The translations under genes were made by a program, and so were the position numbers. Shown in pieces: positions 8,324 through 17,720 of a DNA stretch of 34,765 bases (position 1 is its first letter; every line of letters starts with the position of its first letter). This DNA comes from a virus (Duplodnaviria > Caudoviricetes), in the IMG/VR virus record IMGVR_UViG_3300011335_000591, positions 1-34,765 of that record; one strand, 5' to 3'. The notes beneath the pieces were generated by a model. That model did not search any database. It saw nothing but the letters and a program-made list of their open reading frames with translations, and was not told where the DNA came from.

Positions 8324-8683
8324 ATGGCAACAAACATTGACGGCGGTGCAGTTCGCACCTTTAACTTCGCCACAGCGATTTCGGCTTACCGATTCGTTGA
8401 GATTCACACGGACGGCACGGCTCGTGCGGCTGTTTCCGGTTCTGCTCGTTGCGTTGGCTCAACCATCAGCGATGTGGCGGCTAATGACAACGGAGCAGTT
8501 AAGCTGTTCTACCCAACCTTCTTTGCAACTTCCGAGTACGGAATCACCGCTGGCAACCTTGTTGCTACAACTGGTTCTGGCCTTGTGACCACAGCGGCGG
8601 CCAATGTCGGCGTTGTCGGAGTTGCTCTCGAAACTGCTCTTGCTGATGCAGTCATCGAGGTTGCAGTTCCTCTAACCCAGTAA
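8324..8683 (+). CDS. Capsid decoration/cement protein (DUF2190-like)
   Basis: 119 aa Ala/Gly/Val-rich, VVGVALE...D.VIEV end; immediately before the capsid gene. Confidence 0.75.
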   Translation: MATNIDGGAVRTFNFATAISAYRFVEIHTDGTARAAVSGSARCVGSTISDVAANDNGAVKLFYPTFFATSEYGITAGNLVATTGSGLVTTAAANVGVVGVALETALADAVIEVAVPLTQ

Positions 8684-8712
8684 TTTAACCAACCCAGAAA
8701 GAATATAAATAT

Positions 8713-9678
8713 ATGGCATACGTAAGCGGTGGTACAACGATTCGGGCAGACATCAACCAAGCGTTGATCGAAGCCCCTCAAGCCGATGTCGGTTTGATCG
8801 GAGCGAATTTGCTCCCTTTGCAGAATGTTGATGCGAAAAGCGGAACATACCTCAAAGTTCAATTAGCTGGTGGAGAATTGCTCTCCAACAATGCACTCGC
8901 TCGTGAAAGCGGTTCTAGCTACAGCCGAGGAATTCGTTCCTTCGCTTCTGCAAACTACGCAACGAACGAGGTAGGATTGGAAGAGCTTGTGCCGGATGAT
9001 AGTGCAAAAGATTTGAATCGGTTCTTTGCATACGAGGCCGAAACTGCGAAGTTCTTGCTTCGTCAGTTGAAGCTCTCCCACGAGAAGCGGGTGGCCGATC
9101 TTCTCTGGAACGCAACGACTCCCTTCACAATCGCTGACCAGACTCGTGCAGTTGCCTATACGCAAGCGTTAGTTGCAACAGTCGATGTGGCTCGTGATGT
9201 GGCGGCGGCCAAATTGGCTCTTGCCCAATATGGCTATGAGTCCAACTGCGTTGCGATGTCGGCGAATGTGTTTGAGTTAATCAGACGCTCCACCCTCTTG
9301 CAGAATCAGTTCTTCGGAGTTGTCTCGAATACTGGCGCTCGTTTGCTCTCTGAACAAGAGATTGCGGCGGCTCTGGGAGTTCAGAACCTCCTCGTTGGTC
9401 GTGCGGCTTATAATACCGCCGGCAAGAACAAGACCTACTCTGGTTCGTTCATCGTTCCGGACACCAAGATCATCGTTGGTCAAGTGTCTGGTGGTGAGTT
9501 CACCGCTGGTGGAATCGGACGCACCTTGGTCTGGTCGGGTGACTCGGCTGGTGGTTTCGTCTCTGAAAGCTATCGTGACGAATCTCGCCGTAGCCAAGTG
9601 TTGCGTGTGCGTATGAACACCGACGAGGTCGTGATTGACCCGAATGCGGCGGTTCGTATCACCACAAACTTCGCCTAA
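8713..9678 (+). CDS. Major capsid protein (lambda gpE-like)
   Basis: 321 aa, head-module position, strong downstream terminator. Confidence 0.85.
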   Translation: MAYVSGGTTIRADINQALIEAPQADVGLIGANLLPLQNVDAKSGTYLKVQLAGGELLSNNALARESGSSYSRGIRSFASANYATNEVGLEELVPDDSAKDLNRFFAYEAETAKFLLRQLKLSHEKRVADLLWNATTPFTIADQTRAVAYTQALVATVDVARDVAAAKLALAQYGYESNCVAMSANVFELIRRSTLLQNQFFGVVSNTGARLLSEQEIAAALGVQNLLVGRAAYNTAGKNKTYSGSFIVPDTKIIVGQVSGGEFTAGGIGRTLVWSGDSAGGFVSESYRDESRRSQVLRVRMNTDEVVIDPNAAVRITTNFA

Positions 9679-9704
9679 AGAATTGTTGGTTGTTTCATAG
9701 GAAT

Positions 9705-9741
9705 GGGGGGAGGGCGAAAGCTCTCCCCCCTTTTCTTTTTT
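9705..9741 (+). terminator. Rho-independent terminator
   Basis: GGGGGGAGGGC-GAAA-GCTCTCCCCCC followed by TTTTCTTTTTT. Confidence 0.92.
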
Positions 9742-9781
9742 GACATCCTTATGAGCTAAAATCCTTAACCCCGAAATCCCC

Positions 9782-11434
9782 TTGAAATATCCTATCTCAA
9801 TCTATTTAATTGCAGGCAATGAAGAAGAATACATTGGCCGATGTTTGGAAAGTTTCAAACCCATTTCAGCGGAGCTTGTTGTGTGCATCGCTAGGGGGAA
9901 CGCTGTTCCAGACAAAACAGAAGAAATTGCCAAAGGTCTGGGTGCGAAAATCGTTCACTACCAGAATCAAAGAACTGATTGGCCTCACATAGACGATTTT
10001 GCAACTGCTAGGAACACGGCACTAGAGGCTTGTTCGAGCGAGTGGTGTTTATGGGTCGATGCTGACGATGTAATGGCCGAGGATGGGGCAAAGGCGGTCG
10101 AAGAGGCTATTGACCTTGCCATTCAAAAAGACGCTCACCTCGTGGCGTTAAAATACAATGTAGACAACGCTGGCCTCATCCCGCTCCGAGAAGAAATTTC
10201 CAAGAAAGGCACTTGCTACTGGAAAAACCGAGTCCACGAAATGCTTGTCACTAAAGAGCCAAACAAGACGATTGGGGTGGACAAGATTTTCCGCATCCAC
10301 AAGCCCGCTGGATATAAGCCCAAAAGTGCCGAAAGGAACTTTAGAATCCTAGAGGACACGCTTTCAACCGCCCCCAACGCCCTTTATTACCAAGCCCAAG
10401 AATACTTTTTGTCTGGCAAATACGACAAGTGCATTGATTCCAGTATGCGAGCCTTGGGCTTCTCGGAGCTAGAGGACACACTTCGCTATGATGTCTTGTG
10501 CAACCTCGGGAGGTGCGTTCCAGAGAACGAGAGGCTTTCTTATCTTGGACAAGCAGTAGCCTTGCAACCAGACCGCCGAGAAGCTTATTTTTATATAGCA
10601 AATCATTGGGCGGGGAAGGGCAACTGGCTAAAGACGTATGGTTCGGCAAGGGCTTGTATGACCTTGCATAGACCAAAAACCCACTACTGGAATCTTGTCG
10701 AGGCAATCTACAACTGGCAAGCAATGGACTTATACGAGACAGCCTCGGTGTGCGTGGGAGAAACTGGCGAAGCTGAAAAGATTAAGAAGATGCGACCCGC
10801 CCCCAAGATCAGCATTATCCACGCTACAAGAGGAAGGCCACAAGTCGCTTGGCAAAGACGCTGGCAATGGCTTTCCCTAGCTCAAAACCCACTAGAAATT
10901 GAGTGGCTGTTTATGGTCGATCACGACGAGGCCATTGACTACACCCCCCACCAAGCAATCCGAGTGAACCCCGGAGGCATCGTCAACGCTTGGAACGCAG
11001 GGGCAAAAATAGCCAAGGGGGACATTATCGTTCAAATGAGCGATGATTGGACACCACCCCGCCATTGGGATACCCTAATTTTGAACGCTATTGGGGATAC
11101 AAAGGCAGAGAAAGTGTTGGCAGTATCAGATGGCCTCCGAACCGATAAGCTCCTCTGTATGGCGATCTTGACGCAATCTAGGCTCAAGAAGCAGGGGCAT
11201 CTATTCCACCCCGACTACCAAGACTCGGACGGCATATACTCGGATAATGAGTTCACAGAATCAGCACACCAAGACGGAGTGGTAATTGAGGCTAGACAAA
11301 TACAATTCAAGCACGAGAATCCGATGTTCGCAGGGGGCAACCCAGACGAGCAACTAAAAAACCACAACAAGCCGGAGTTCTACGAGAAAGGGAAAGCAAT
11401 CTATGAAAAACGCAAAGCAAATAATTGGATGTAG
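9782..11434 (+). CDS. Double glycosyltransferase: GT2 + TPR repeats + second GT-A domain
   Basis: NEEEYIGRCLES, DFATARN, WVDADD, RVHE; TPR-like helices; second domain AWNAGA..AKGDIIVQMSDD. Confidence 0.88.
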   Translation: MKYPISIYLIAGNEEEYIGRCLESFKPISAELVVCIARGNAVPDKTEEIAKGLGAKIVHYQNQRTDWPHIDDFATARNTALEACSSEWCLWVDADDVMAEDGAKAVEEAIDLAIQKDAHLVALKYNVDNAGLIPLREEISKKGTCYWKNRVHEMLVTKEPNKTIGVDKIFRIHKPAGYKPKSAERNFRILEDTLSTAPNALYYQAQEYFLSGKYDKCIDSSMRALGFSELEDTLRYDVLCNLGRCVPENERLSYLGQAVALQPDRREAYFYIANHWAGKGNWLKTYGSARACMTLHRPKTHYWNLVEAIYNWQAMDLYETASVCVGETGEAEKIKKMRPAPKISIIHATRGRPQVAWQRRWQWLSLAQNPLEIEWLFMVDHDEAIDYTPHQAIRVNPGGIVNAWNAGAKIAKGDIIVQMSDDWTPPRHWDTLILNAIGDTKAEKVLAVSDGLRTDKLLCMAILTQSRLKKQGHLFHPDYQDSDGIYSDNEFTESAHQDGVVIEARQIQFKHENPMFAGGNPDEQLKNHNKPEFYEKGKAIYEKRKANNWM

Positions 11435-11657
11435 GCAATCGCAAAAGGGGGAGCATACGAAGGGGCTTGGTATAATTAAATTCGGAAAGTCTCGCCCTGA
11501 CACCACCAAGTATGTGAAGGTTGATATTACCTATGACGAAAAAGCAGAGAAAGATTTGTACGAGTGTGGGATGATTGCGTTAAAGCACGATAAGGAAGCG
11601 GTGATTCAATATGTGATCGTGAAGGCTCTTACTGGATACGCAAAGTGCAAGAAGTAA
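11403..11657 (+). CDS. Hypothetical protein
   Basis: Fills the gap between GT and MTase genes; start uncertain. Confidence 0.5.
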   Translation: MKNAKQIIGCRQSQKGEHTKGLGIIKFGKSRPDTTKYVKVDITYDEKAEKDLYECGMIALKHDKEAVIQYVIVKALTGYAKCKK

Positions 11658-12253
11658 GCATTAACGATTCATTCGGTAAAGCCCTTGCAAAGTATAGCGA
11701 GGGATTGGATGTTGGCCTAGAGATCGGGGGAGGAACTGGGGACGGCTCGACTCAATGCATTAGGACAAAAAGGCTATTCAGCATTGAGAACCACCCAGAC
11801 CGCATCGGCAGACACTCGATGAATCTATCTGCAAGGGGAGGCGTTTCAGTCAATGGAACTGCAACCTTGTCGAAATTCTGGATGAACAAGAACGACATCG
11901 AGGAGTTCTACCGAATCACAAAAACCAATCTCAATCAGTACCCCATCGAAACAATCCTAGGCTGGCACAATGTATGCCTTGAAACCGCCTACCCATACTC
12001 GACCAACGCAATCGAGGACATCCACTTTGAGCATAATGTGGACTTTGACTTTGTGCTAATTGACGGCTCTCCTTTCTCGGGTGAGGCAGAGTTGCGTTGC
12101 GTTCGTCCTTTTCTAACAGACAAAGCAATCATCGCCCTAGATGATGTGAACGACATAAAGAACCACACCAACTACAACAAGCTCAAGGGATTTGCCAAAC
12201 TGCTCTGGGAAGATTGGTCTGTGCGTAATGGTGCGGCCATATTTGAACTATGA
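11645..12253 (+). CDS. Class I SAM-dependent methyltransferase
   Basis: LEIGGGTGDGST, VLIDGS, ALDDV motifs. Confidence 0.8.
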   Translation: MQEVSINDSFGKALAKYSEGLDVGLEIGGGTGDGSTQCIRTKRLFSIENHPDRIGRHSMNLSARGGVSVNGTATLSKFWMNKNDIEEFYRITKTNLNQYPIETILGWHNVCLETAYPYSTNAIEDIHFEHNVDFDFVLIDGSPFSGEAELRCVRPFLTDKAIIALDDVNDIKNHTNYNKLKGFAKLLWEDWSVRNGAAIFEL

Positions 12254-12762
12254 CCAAGGGAATCATCGCATCGGAATCACCCGAAATCCATTGGCAACAT
12301 CTCAATGTAGCTGGTGGCAGGGTGCTTGACTTGGGGTGTGCGTTCTGGACGGAAGCAGAAAGGCAAGAGGCCAACGGAACGACCAAGTATTTTCTATCTC
12401 AAAAACCAGAGTTTTATATGGGGGTGGACATAAACCAAGGAGACATTCAAACCCTTTCTCAACAATACCCACAAGGAAAGTTCTTGTGCGAAAAGGCAGA
12501 CTCCGCACCTCAAATGAACACTTGGATAACAGAGAATTCTATCACCCACATTAAGTGTGACATCGAAGGAGATGAGACTCAACTTCTGCAAATTGGGAAT
12601 GTCCATAATCTAAAAGAAATTGCCATTGAGCTACACTATTCAGACGCTTGGCTAAATGAGTTTGTAGCTTGGTTTGGTTCGATTGGGTTTGAGTGCTACC
12701 GGCACGACTCGGCTTCTTTTTGTCCAGAGATTAGCGTTATTTATGGGCGATTGAAATGCTAA
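12250..12762 (+). CDS. FkbM-like SAM methyltransferase
   Basis: VLDLGC, GVD, IKCDIEGDE, IELH motifs. Confidence 0.78.
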   Translation: MTKGIIASESPEIHWQHLNVAGGRVLDLGCAFWTEAERQEANGTTKYFLSQKPEFYMGVDINQGDIQTLSQQYPQGKFLCEKADSAPQMNTWITENSITHIKCDIEGDETQLLQIGNVHNLKEIAIELHYSDAWLNEFVAWFGSIGFECYRHDSASFCPEISVIYGRLKC

Positions 12763-13523
12763 CCATCTTTACCGTCGTCCTCAATGGGATGCCCTATATT
12801 GAAAGGCATCTTGCAGAGTTTCAAAAGCTCAAGATTCCTTGGCAATGGAGGATTGTAGAGGGAGTTAGCGAGCCTCTTGGATGCACTCGATGGTGCAAGC
12901 AAGTTCCCGACAAATGGCACAAGGACTTCAAAAGCATTGACGGAACGCACGAATATCTCGAGAGCATTAGGTGCGAGAATGTTTCTGTTTATTGGCGGGC
13001 AAAGCCTTTCCCCGGCAAGCTGGCGATGATTAACGAGGCGTTGCAGGGGGTGGAGAATGGCGTGGTGATGCAGATGGATTCTGATGAGATATGGAGAGCC
13101 GACCAACTAGAGGCAATCTTTGGGCATCTCAAAGGATGCGAGGATGGGAGAGGTATGCAGTTTCATTGTAACTACTATGTTGGGCAGAATAAAAAAGTAG
13201 TGACTAGAGATGGCTTTGGCTCGAATTGGTATGAATGGTTTCGGGCGTGGAAGTGGGGGAAGGATGTTCACTTTACCAGCCACGAACCACCCAAGCTGAA
13301 TGTCCAATCGATGATGATTCCAAGGGGAGTGACAGAAACTTGGGGGCTAACCTTTGACCACTTCGCCTATGCCACAAAGGAGCAAGCACAATTCAAAGAA
13401 GATTTCTATGGGTATAAGGGGCTAGTCGAGGGATGGGAAAAGCTACAACAAACCACAAGTCCAGTTCGGTTGAGAGATTACTTCCCATTCATAACAGATA
13501 AGAGCGTAGTCGATGAGTGTTAA
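12756..13523 (+). CDS. Glycosyltransferase (GT2-like)
   Basis: VLNGMPYI, SIDGT.EYL, MQMDSDEIW (DxD). Confidence 0.8.
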   Translation: MLTIFTVVLNGMPYIERHLAEFQKLKIPWQWRIVEGVSEPLGCTRWCKQVPDKWHKDFKSIDGTHEYLESIRCENVSVYWRAKPFPGKLAMINEALQGVENGVVMQMDSDEIWRADQLEAIFGHLKGCEDGRGMQFHCNYYVGQNKKVVTRDGFGSNWYEWFRAWKWGKDVHFTSHEPPKLNVQSMMIPRGVTETWGLTFDHFAYATKEQAQFKEDFYGYKGLVEGWEKLQQTTSPVRLRDYFPFITDKSVVDEC

Positions 13524-14184
13524 AAGTATTAAGTATTCGCAGAGGCTAGGGGATGTTCTTCGTTGCCTTCCTGCTTGCAAGTACCTAGCCGACCAAGGCC
13601 ACGAAGTTTTCTTTGATTGCTTCCCTCAATATCATTCGGTCTTTGATCTTGTCTCCTATGTAAAAGCGGGGAGCAAAGGGGATGTTTTAGATTTGGAGAT
13701 ATGGCCGAACAAATATGAGGCTTACCGCAAAAGCAAAAGAAGCTGGACGGACTTTGTATATAGTCACCCAGAGATAAAGGACGCAGACAAGACGAACATT
13801 ATCTTCGACAAGCTAGATGATAAACCAGCCGAAGGACTTCCAGAGTCTTACAACCTAGTGGCCGCCTTTGGCAATAGCCAAGGATTCTATCGCAATCCTC
13901 TCGACATAATCACCAAGGCAAGAACTGATATGGGCAAAGACAACTTCTATGTGATGACCCCCCCAGAGATTCAGATTCAAGGGCTTTCTACCTACACCGC
14001 CCCATCGGTTGAGCAGATGGCAAAGGCAATTAGAGGGGCAAAGGATTTCTGGGCAATCAATAGTGCGCCCATCATTCTTGCGTCAGTAGTGAGAAGGGGC
14101 AAACCGACTGCCTTCTTTCCCCAAAAGAACGAGTGGGAGACTGACAACATATTTGATTTTGAGGGGATGTTTAAGATGGATTGA
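13513..14184 (+). CDS. Glycosyltransferase (GT9/heptosyltransferase-like, GT-B)
   Basis: RLGDVLRCLP N-terminal and INSAP..LAS C-terminal motifs. Confidence 0.65.
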   Translation: MSVKSIKYSQRLGDVLRCLPACKYLADQGHEVFFDCFPQYHSVFDLVSYVKAGSKGDVLDLEIWPNKYEAYRKSKRSWTDFVYSHPEIKDADKTNIIFDKLDDKPAEGLPESYNLVAAFGNSQGFYRNPLDIITKARTDMGKDNFYVMTPPEIQIQGLSTYTAPSVEQMAKAIRGAKDFWAINSAPIILASVVRRGKPTAFFPQKNEWETDNIFDFEGMFKMD

Positions 14185-14203
14185 CATAGGAGGTGATTTT
14201 ATG
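14181..14203 (+). promoter_or_regulatory. TTGACA-N14-ATG late-gene motif (with AGGAGGTGA SD)
   Basis: Recurrent motif. Confidence 0.5.
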
Positions 14204-14518
14204 GCTGGCACTATCAGCACCTCCTATTTTGCAACGGACTTGTCCTATATGATTCAAGACCTATACCAATCCGTGACTGGCTTGGGTTCGTCCTCTGTTT
14301 CTGCCTCCGTTACCGACCTATCCACGGCAAGCGAACTTGAAATAGGCGGGGAGGTATTTAGAGTCACCCAGAGCCTAGTTGTTTTGGCTTCTGGAATCTC
14401 TGCCCCAGTCATCGGCTCTCTTTGCACAGTTAGTGGAGTGGAGCGTATGATCGGAGGATTTTCGCAAAGCACCGATGGGCTTTCCTATACCATCGAACTT
14501 GCGGAGATTACGACCTAA
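14201..14518 (+). CDS. Head-tail joining protein (gpFII-like)
   Basis: ~105 aa, beta-rich, first gene of the tail module; strong SD before ATG 14201. Confidence 0.55.
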   Translation: MAGTISTSYFATDLSYMIQDLYQSVTGLGSSSVSASVTDLSTASELEIGGEVFRVTQSLVVLASGISAPVIGSLCTVSGVERMIGGFSQSTDGLSYTIELAEITT

Positions 14519-14934
14519 TGGCCTCGATAGAGAGGGAGGTTGAGAACGCCCTCCTTAATGTTGTTTCTGGAATTACTGGGGTGAACTTCTTTACAAGCGA
14601 GAGGGGAACTGCTAGGACAATGCCCAGCGTCACGGTTCAAGCCACCATCAGCGGGGAGGAGCTTGTGCCTTTCTCTGGTGTATTCAAAACCCCCGCCTCT
14701 ATTACCTATGTGGCAAGGGCAGACACAACCGCAAGAGCCGACTTCGATGCCAAGTTTTATGACATATTAGAGCAACTTTATCGTGACCCAGACTTGGCAA
14801 GCTACCTCACAACCAACTCAAACATCACTTTCTATGTGGCAAAAGTGACTGGGGATACCCCCGCCGTGATAAGTCAGAATAGAACTTGGTCAAGAGCTAT
14901 GACTTTAGACATAACGGCAACGGCAAAGAAATGA
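14518..14934 (+). CDS. Tail terminator/completion-like protein, paralog A
   Basis: Size and position; aligns by eye with the next gene. Confidence 0.5.
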   Translation: MASIEREVENALLNVVSGITGVNFFTSERGTARTMPSVTVQATISGEELVPFSGVFKTPASITYVARADTTARADFDAKFYDILEQLYRDPDLASYLTTNSNITFYVAKVTGDTPAVISQNRTWSRAMTLDITATAKK

Positions 14935-15422
14935 ACCAGAGCGTCCAAATCAATATCGAGGATGCCATTGAGAATCTTTTGGCTAATGTTCCCAACCTAA
15001 ATACCTATAAGACTAATCGGGTGGGGGCAAAGCTATTCCCATCAGCCACAATCTCTGCATCGGTAGGGGGTCAGCTCCTCGGCAACTACACCGGAGTTTA
15101 TGAAGTTGCCGTAACAATCGACTACTCCGACACGGCGGCCAAGATTAGCCAAGAGGCTTTTGACGCTGAATACTGCTCTATCTTTGAGGCTTTCTATTCT
15201 GAAACCCCTCCTCTCTTTACCAAGATACAAAACAATATAGTGGATACAAAGGTTTATACGGCACGGATTACTGGGCAGACTCCAACCATTCGTACAGCCA
15301 AAAGGGCTTGGCAGAGGGGCTTGAAGATGAGCCTAATTTGTACCCCATCAGAGCTAGACAATGGCTTGCGATTCTTGGATTTCAGCGAAGAGCGAAACTC
15401 TATGTATGTGGCCGTGATTTAA
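14931..15422 (+). CDS. Tail terminator/completion-like protein, paralog B with C-terminal LDFS..NS.Y extension
   Basis: ATGA overlap; colinear similarity to the upstream gene. Confidence 0.5.
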   Translation: MNQSVQINIEDAIENLLANVPNLNTYKTNRVGAKLFPSATISASVGGQLLGNYTGVYEVAVTIDYSDTAAKISQEAFDAEYCSIFEAFYSETPPLFTKIQNNIVDTKVYTARITGQTPTIRTAKRAWQRGLKMSLICTPSELDNGLRFLDFSEERNSMYVAVI

Positions 15423-15438
15423 CAAGGAGCTTGAGAAT

Positions 15439-16341
15439 ATGGCACTTTCCATTTTAGACGGCAACCAATCGGCAACTACGCTTTCAACCATCCTTTCAAG
15501 CGGGCAACACATCACCGCCCATACAGTTGTTAGTCTTGGAACTCAAGCGATTACAGATATGCGAGGCGCAGTCAGCGGGAGCGTTGTCTCAATCTCTAAT
15601 TTCCCCGCCTCCCAATCAACCACCTTCGGGGCAGTTACCGGAAGCGTGTCCGTTTTGAACTTCCCCGCATCGCAAACTGTCACATTTTCTGACGCATCCC
15701 TAACCAACACCCAACTCCGAGCAAGCGCAGTTACCGTGGGCGGGACAGTCACGGTTGGAAACTCAGTCACAATCAGCTCCCTCCCCGCCATCTCTGGCAC
15801 GGTGACGGCGAACCTTGCTCAAGGAATAATTTCGACAAGTGAAGATGTCGGCAGTAATGCCCCAAGACTGGTTGCGGGGGTTTTTGATTTTAACGGAATC
15901 CAATTTGGAGATAATAAGCCCTTCCCCATCTCTGGCACAGTCACCATTGGCTCTGCCCTCCCCGCTGGCACAGCCCAGATCGGCTCTGTTACGGCATCCA
16001 TATCAAACAGCGTCACGATTGCGTCGCTCCCTGCGATTAGTGGCACGGTCACCGCCAACACCTTTGCCGTTCAAGGCACGGCCGTCACAACCTCTAACTT
16101 CACCAGCACAACGGCTTCTACCGTGCTGGCTAATTACAATGCGAACAGGGAAGTGCTGACGATTTTTAACGAAGGGGCGGGCAACCTTCATATCTGCGCT
16201 GGGGCAACTTGCACGACGATTGCCTATCAAGTGCGTCTATCAGCGGGTGATTATTACGAGGTGCCAAATCATCAAACGACCATCACCCACTCGGCCGTGT
16301 TCGCCACCGCTGGCACGGCCAGGGTGACGGAAGTTAGCTAA
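15439..16341 (+). CDS. Ser/Thr-rich fibre/whisker protein with internal repeats
   Basis: NFPASQ x2, NSVTI.SLPAISGTVTAN x2, PISGTVT; jelly-roll-like C-terminus. Confidence 0.65.
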   Translation: MALSILDGNQSATTLSTILSSGQHITAHTVVSLGTQAITDMRGAVSGSVVSISNFPASQSTTFGAVTGSVSVLNFPASQTVTFSDASLTNTQLRASAVTVGGTVTVGNSVTISSLPAISGTVTANLAQGIISTSEDVGSNAPRLVAGVFDFNGIQFGDNKPFPISGTVTIGSALPAGTAQIGSVTASISNSVTIASLPAISGTVTANTFAVQGTAVTTSNFTSTTASTVLANYNANREVLTIFNEGAGNLHICAGATCTTIAYQVRLSAGDYYEVPNHQTTITHSAVFATAGTARVTEVS

Positions 16342-16351
16342 GGAGGGGAAG

Positions 16352-17119
16352 ATGCCTCTCATTAAGAATCCAAGTAATATCGATAACCTTCTTTTTTCTA
16401 CTGGAAGGTTACGGACAGGGCGAGTTGGCCCCGCTGGCGTATACACAAAAGCAACTGGAACAGGCGCATCTGCTGCGGTTGCAAATACTGCTGGTCTGCT
16501 TATGATAATTAACGCTGGGACTGCTGCGTCTAGTACTGGCAAGGTTGGATATCTCGACCCAACAGTTTCACAAATGACTGCTTCGCTTGGGCTCATTGAT
16601 TACAGCAGGCGTATTAGATTTTCGATTGGTGGTCAGATGGGAATGGCATCTACAAATTCAGTTATTAGAATCGTATTTGGCGGCACTGGCAGTGCGACTG
16701 ATGCCCCGCTTGCTGGCGTGAATGGGCTTACTGCAAAAGGATTTGGTGCTGAATTTGCCCTTCAATCTGGGGTAATACAAGCAAGGCTCATAGGATTTAA
16801 TGCTTCATATTTAACCCCGACCTCTTACACCACGCTAACAAACGGATTTGGACTTGCCGCATCTGACACTCGGTTTTTCGGCGTTGTGATTGAGTCTGAC
16901 GGAGGCGGAAATATCAATCTCTACGGAGCAGACTCATCGACAAATCCTAACATCAATATCGGACAGACTCCATTACTAACCCTAACTGGTGGGCCAACCA
17001 ACTCTACAAGCTCCAATCGAAACGGTCCAGAGGTTCATTGTTCAAATTCTTCATCTCTTCCAACATCATCTCCATCTGCAATCTTTCAAAGCACATTTTG
17101 GCTACTGGACGTACAATAA
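16352..17119 (+). CDS. Putative virion fibre tip/lectin-like protein
   Basis: Gly/Ser/Thr-rich beta protein following the fibre gene; AAGGAGG SD. Confidence 0.5.
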   Translation: MPLIKNPSNIDNLLFSTGRLRTGRVGPAGVYTKATGTGASAAVANTAGLLMIINAGTAASSTGKVGYLDPTVSQMTASLGLIDYSRRIRFSIGGQMGMASTNSVIRIVFGGTGSATDAPLAGVNGLTAKGFGAEFALQSGVIQARLIGFNASYLTPTSYTTLTNGFGLAASDTRFFGVVIESDGGGNINLYGADSSTNPNINIGQTPLLTLTGGPTNSTSSNRNGPEVHCSNSSSLPTSSPSAIFQSTFWLLDVQ

Positions 17120-17244
17120 TGCCCCTCCTCCTCCTCACCCTCTTGCTCTGCTCCTGCTCGCCACGGCCAGCAAGCAACACAGGACTGCCGAACTACAGCG
17201 ATATGCAAGCCGCCGAGGACGCAGGGCAAACGCCAAGCAAATGA
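17119..17244 (+). CDS. 41-aa lipoprotein (MPLLLLTLLLCSC...)
   Basis: TAATG overlap, hydrophobic signal with lipobox-like LCSC, ATGA overlap downstream. Confidence 0.6.
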   Translation: MPLLLLTLLLCSCSPRPASNTGLPNYSDMQAAEDAGQTPSK

Positions 17245-17411
17245 GCAAGGACGAACAAGCCTGCAAAGCTCTGCAATACCTACTAGACGAGGGCTTTATC
17301 TCGTTAGGCTACATCGACGGCAAACCAGCCGTTCACCTCACTACGAGCCTTGCAGACGCACAGAAAGCGATTCTAGGACTGGCCAAAGATTCAGCCGATT
17401 GGTGGAAATGA
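17241..17411 (+). CDS. 56-aa hypothetical protein
   Basis: ATGA overlaps at both ends. Confidence 0.6.
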   Translation: MSKDEQACKALQYLLDEGFISLGYIDGKPAVHLTTSLADAQKAILGLAKDSADWWK

Positions 17412-17662
17412 GTGCAGACCAAGTAGCTGATCTGAGGGAGAGGCTCGCAAGAATCGAGGAGAGGCAGACCAATATAATCTCGATTTTGGAACGCCACACT
17501 AGCGAGCTTGCCCAATGGACAGCCAAAATTAACAGCAAGGTAGATACCCTAGAGAGAGAGTCGCACACCATTAAAACAAAGCTCTGGTTGGTAGCCCTAG
17601 TGTCGGGGGCGGTATTTTCTACAATATGGGAATTGATTAAGGTGCGGGTGTTCCCACGATAA
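17408..17662 (+). CDS. Coiled-coil plus C-terminal TM protein (XhlA/holin-like)
   Basis: RLARIEERQ coiled coil followed by a hydrophobic helix. Confidence 0.55.
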   Translation: MSADQVADLRERLARIEERQTNIISILERHTSELAQWTAKINSKVDTLERESHTIKTKLWLVALVSGAVFSTIWELIKVRVFPR

Positions 17663-17684
17663 TTTGACACAAGCAAAGGGGATT

Positions 17685-17720
17685 ATGAAAAACACACTTT
17701 CTAACGAGGTTTCAATCTAA
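17685..17720 (+). CDS. 11-aa leader ORF (MKNTLSNEVSI) coupled to the tail tube gene
   Basis: ATG 15 nt after TTGACA (17664); its TAA overlaps the next ATG (TAATG). Confidence 0.4.
   Translation: MKNTLSNEVSI

Noticed and set aside
15560-16070. Diversity-generating retroelement template/variable repeats in the fibre gene
   Set aside because: Repeats are short, differ mainly at synonymous positions rather than adenines, and no reverse transcriptase is present
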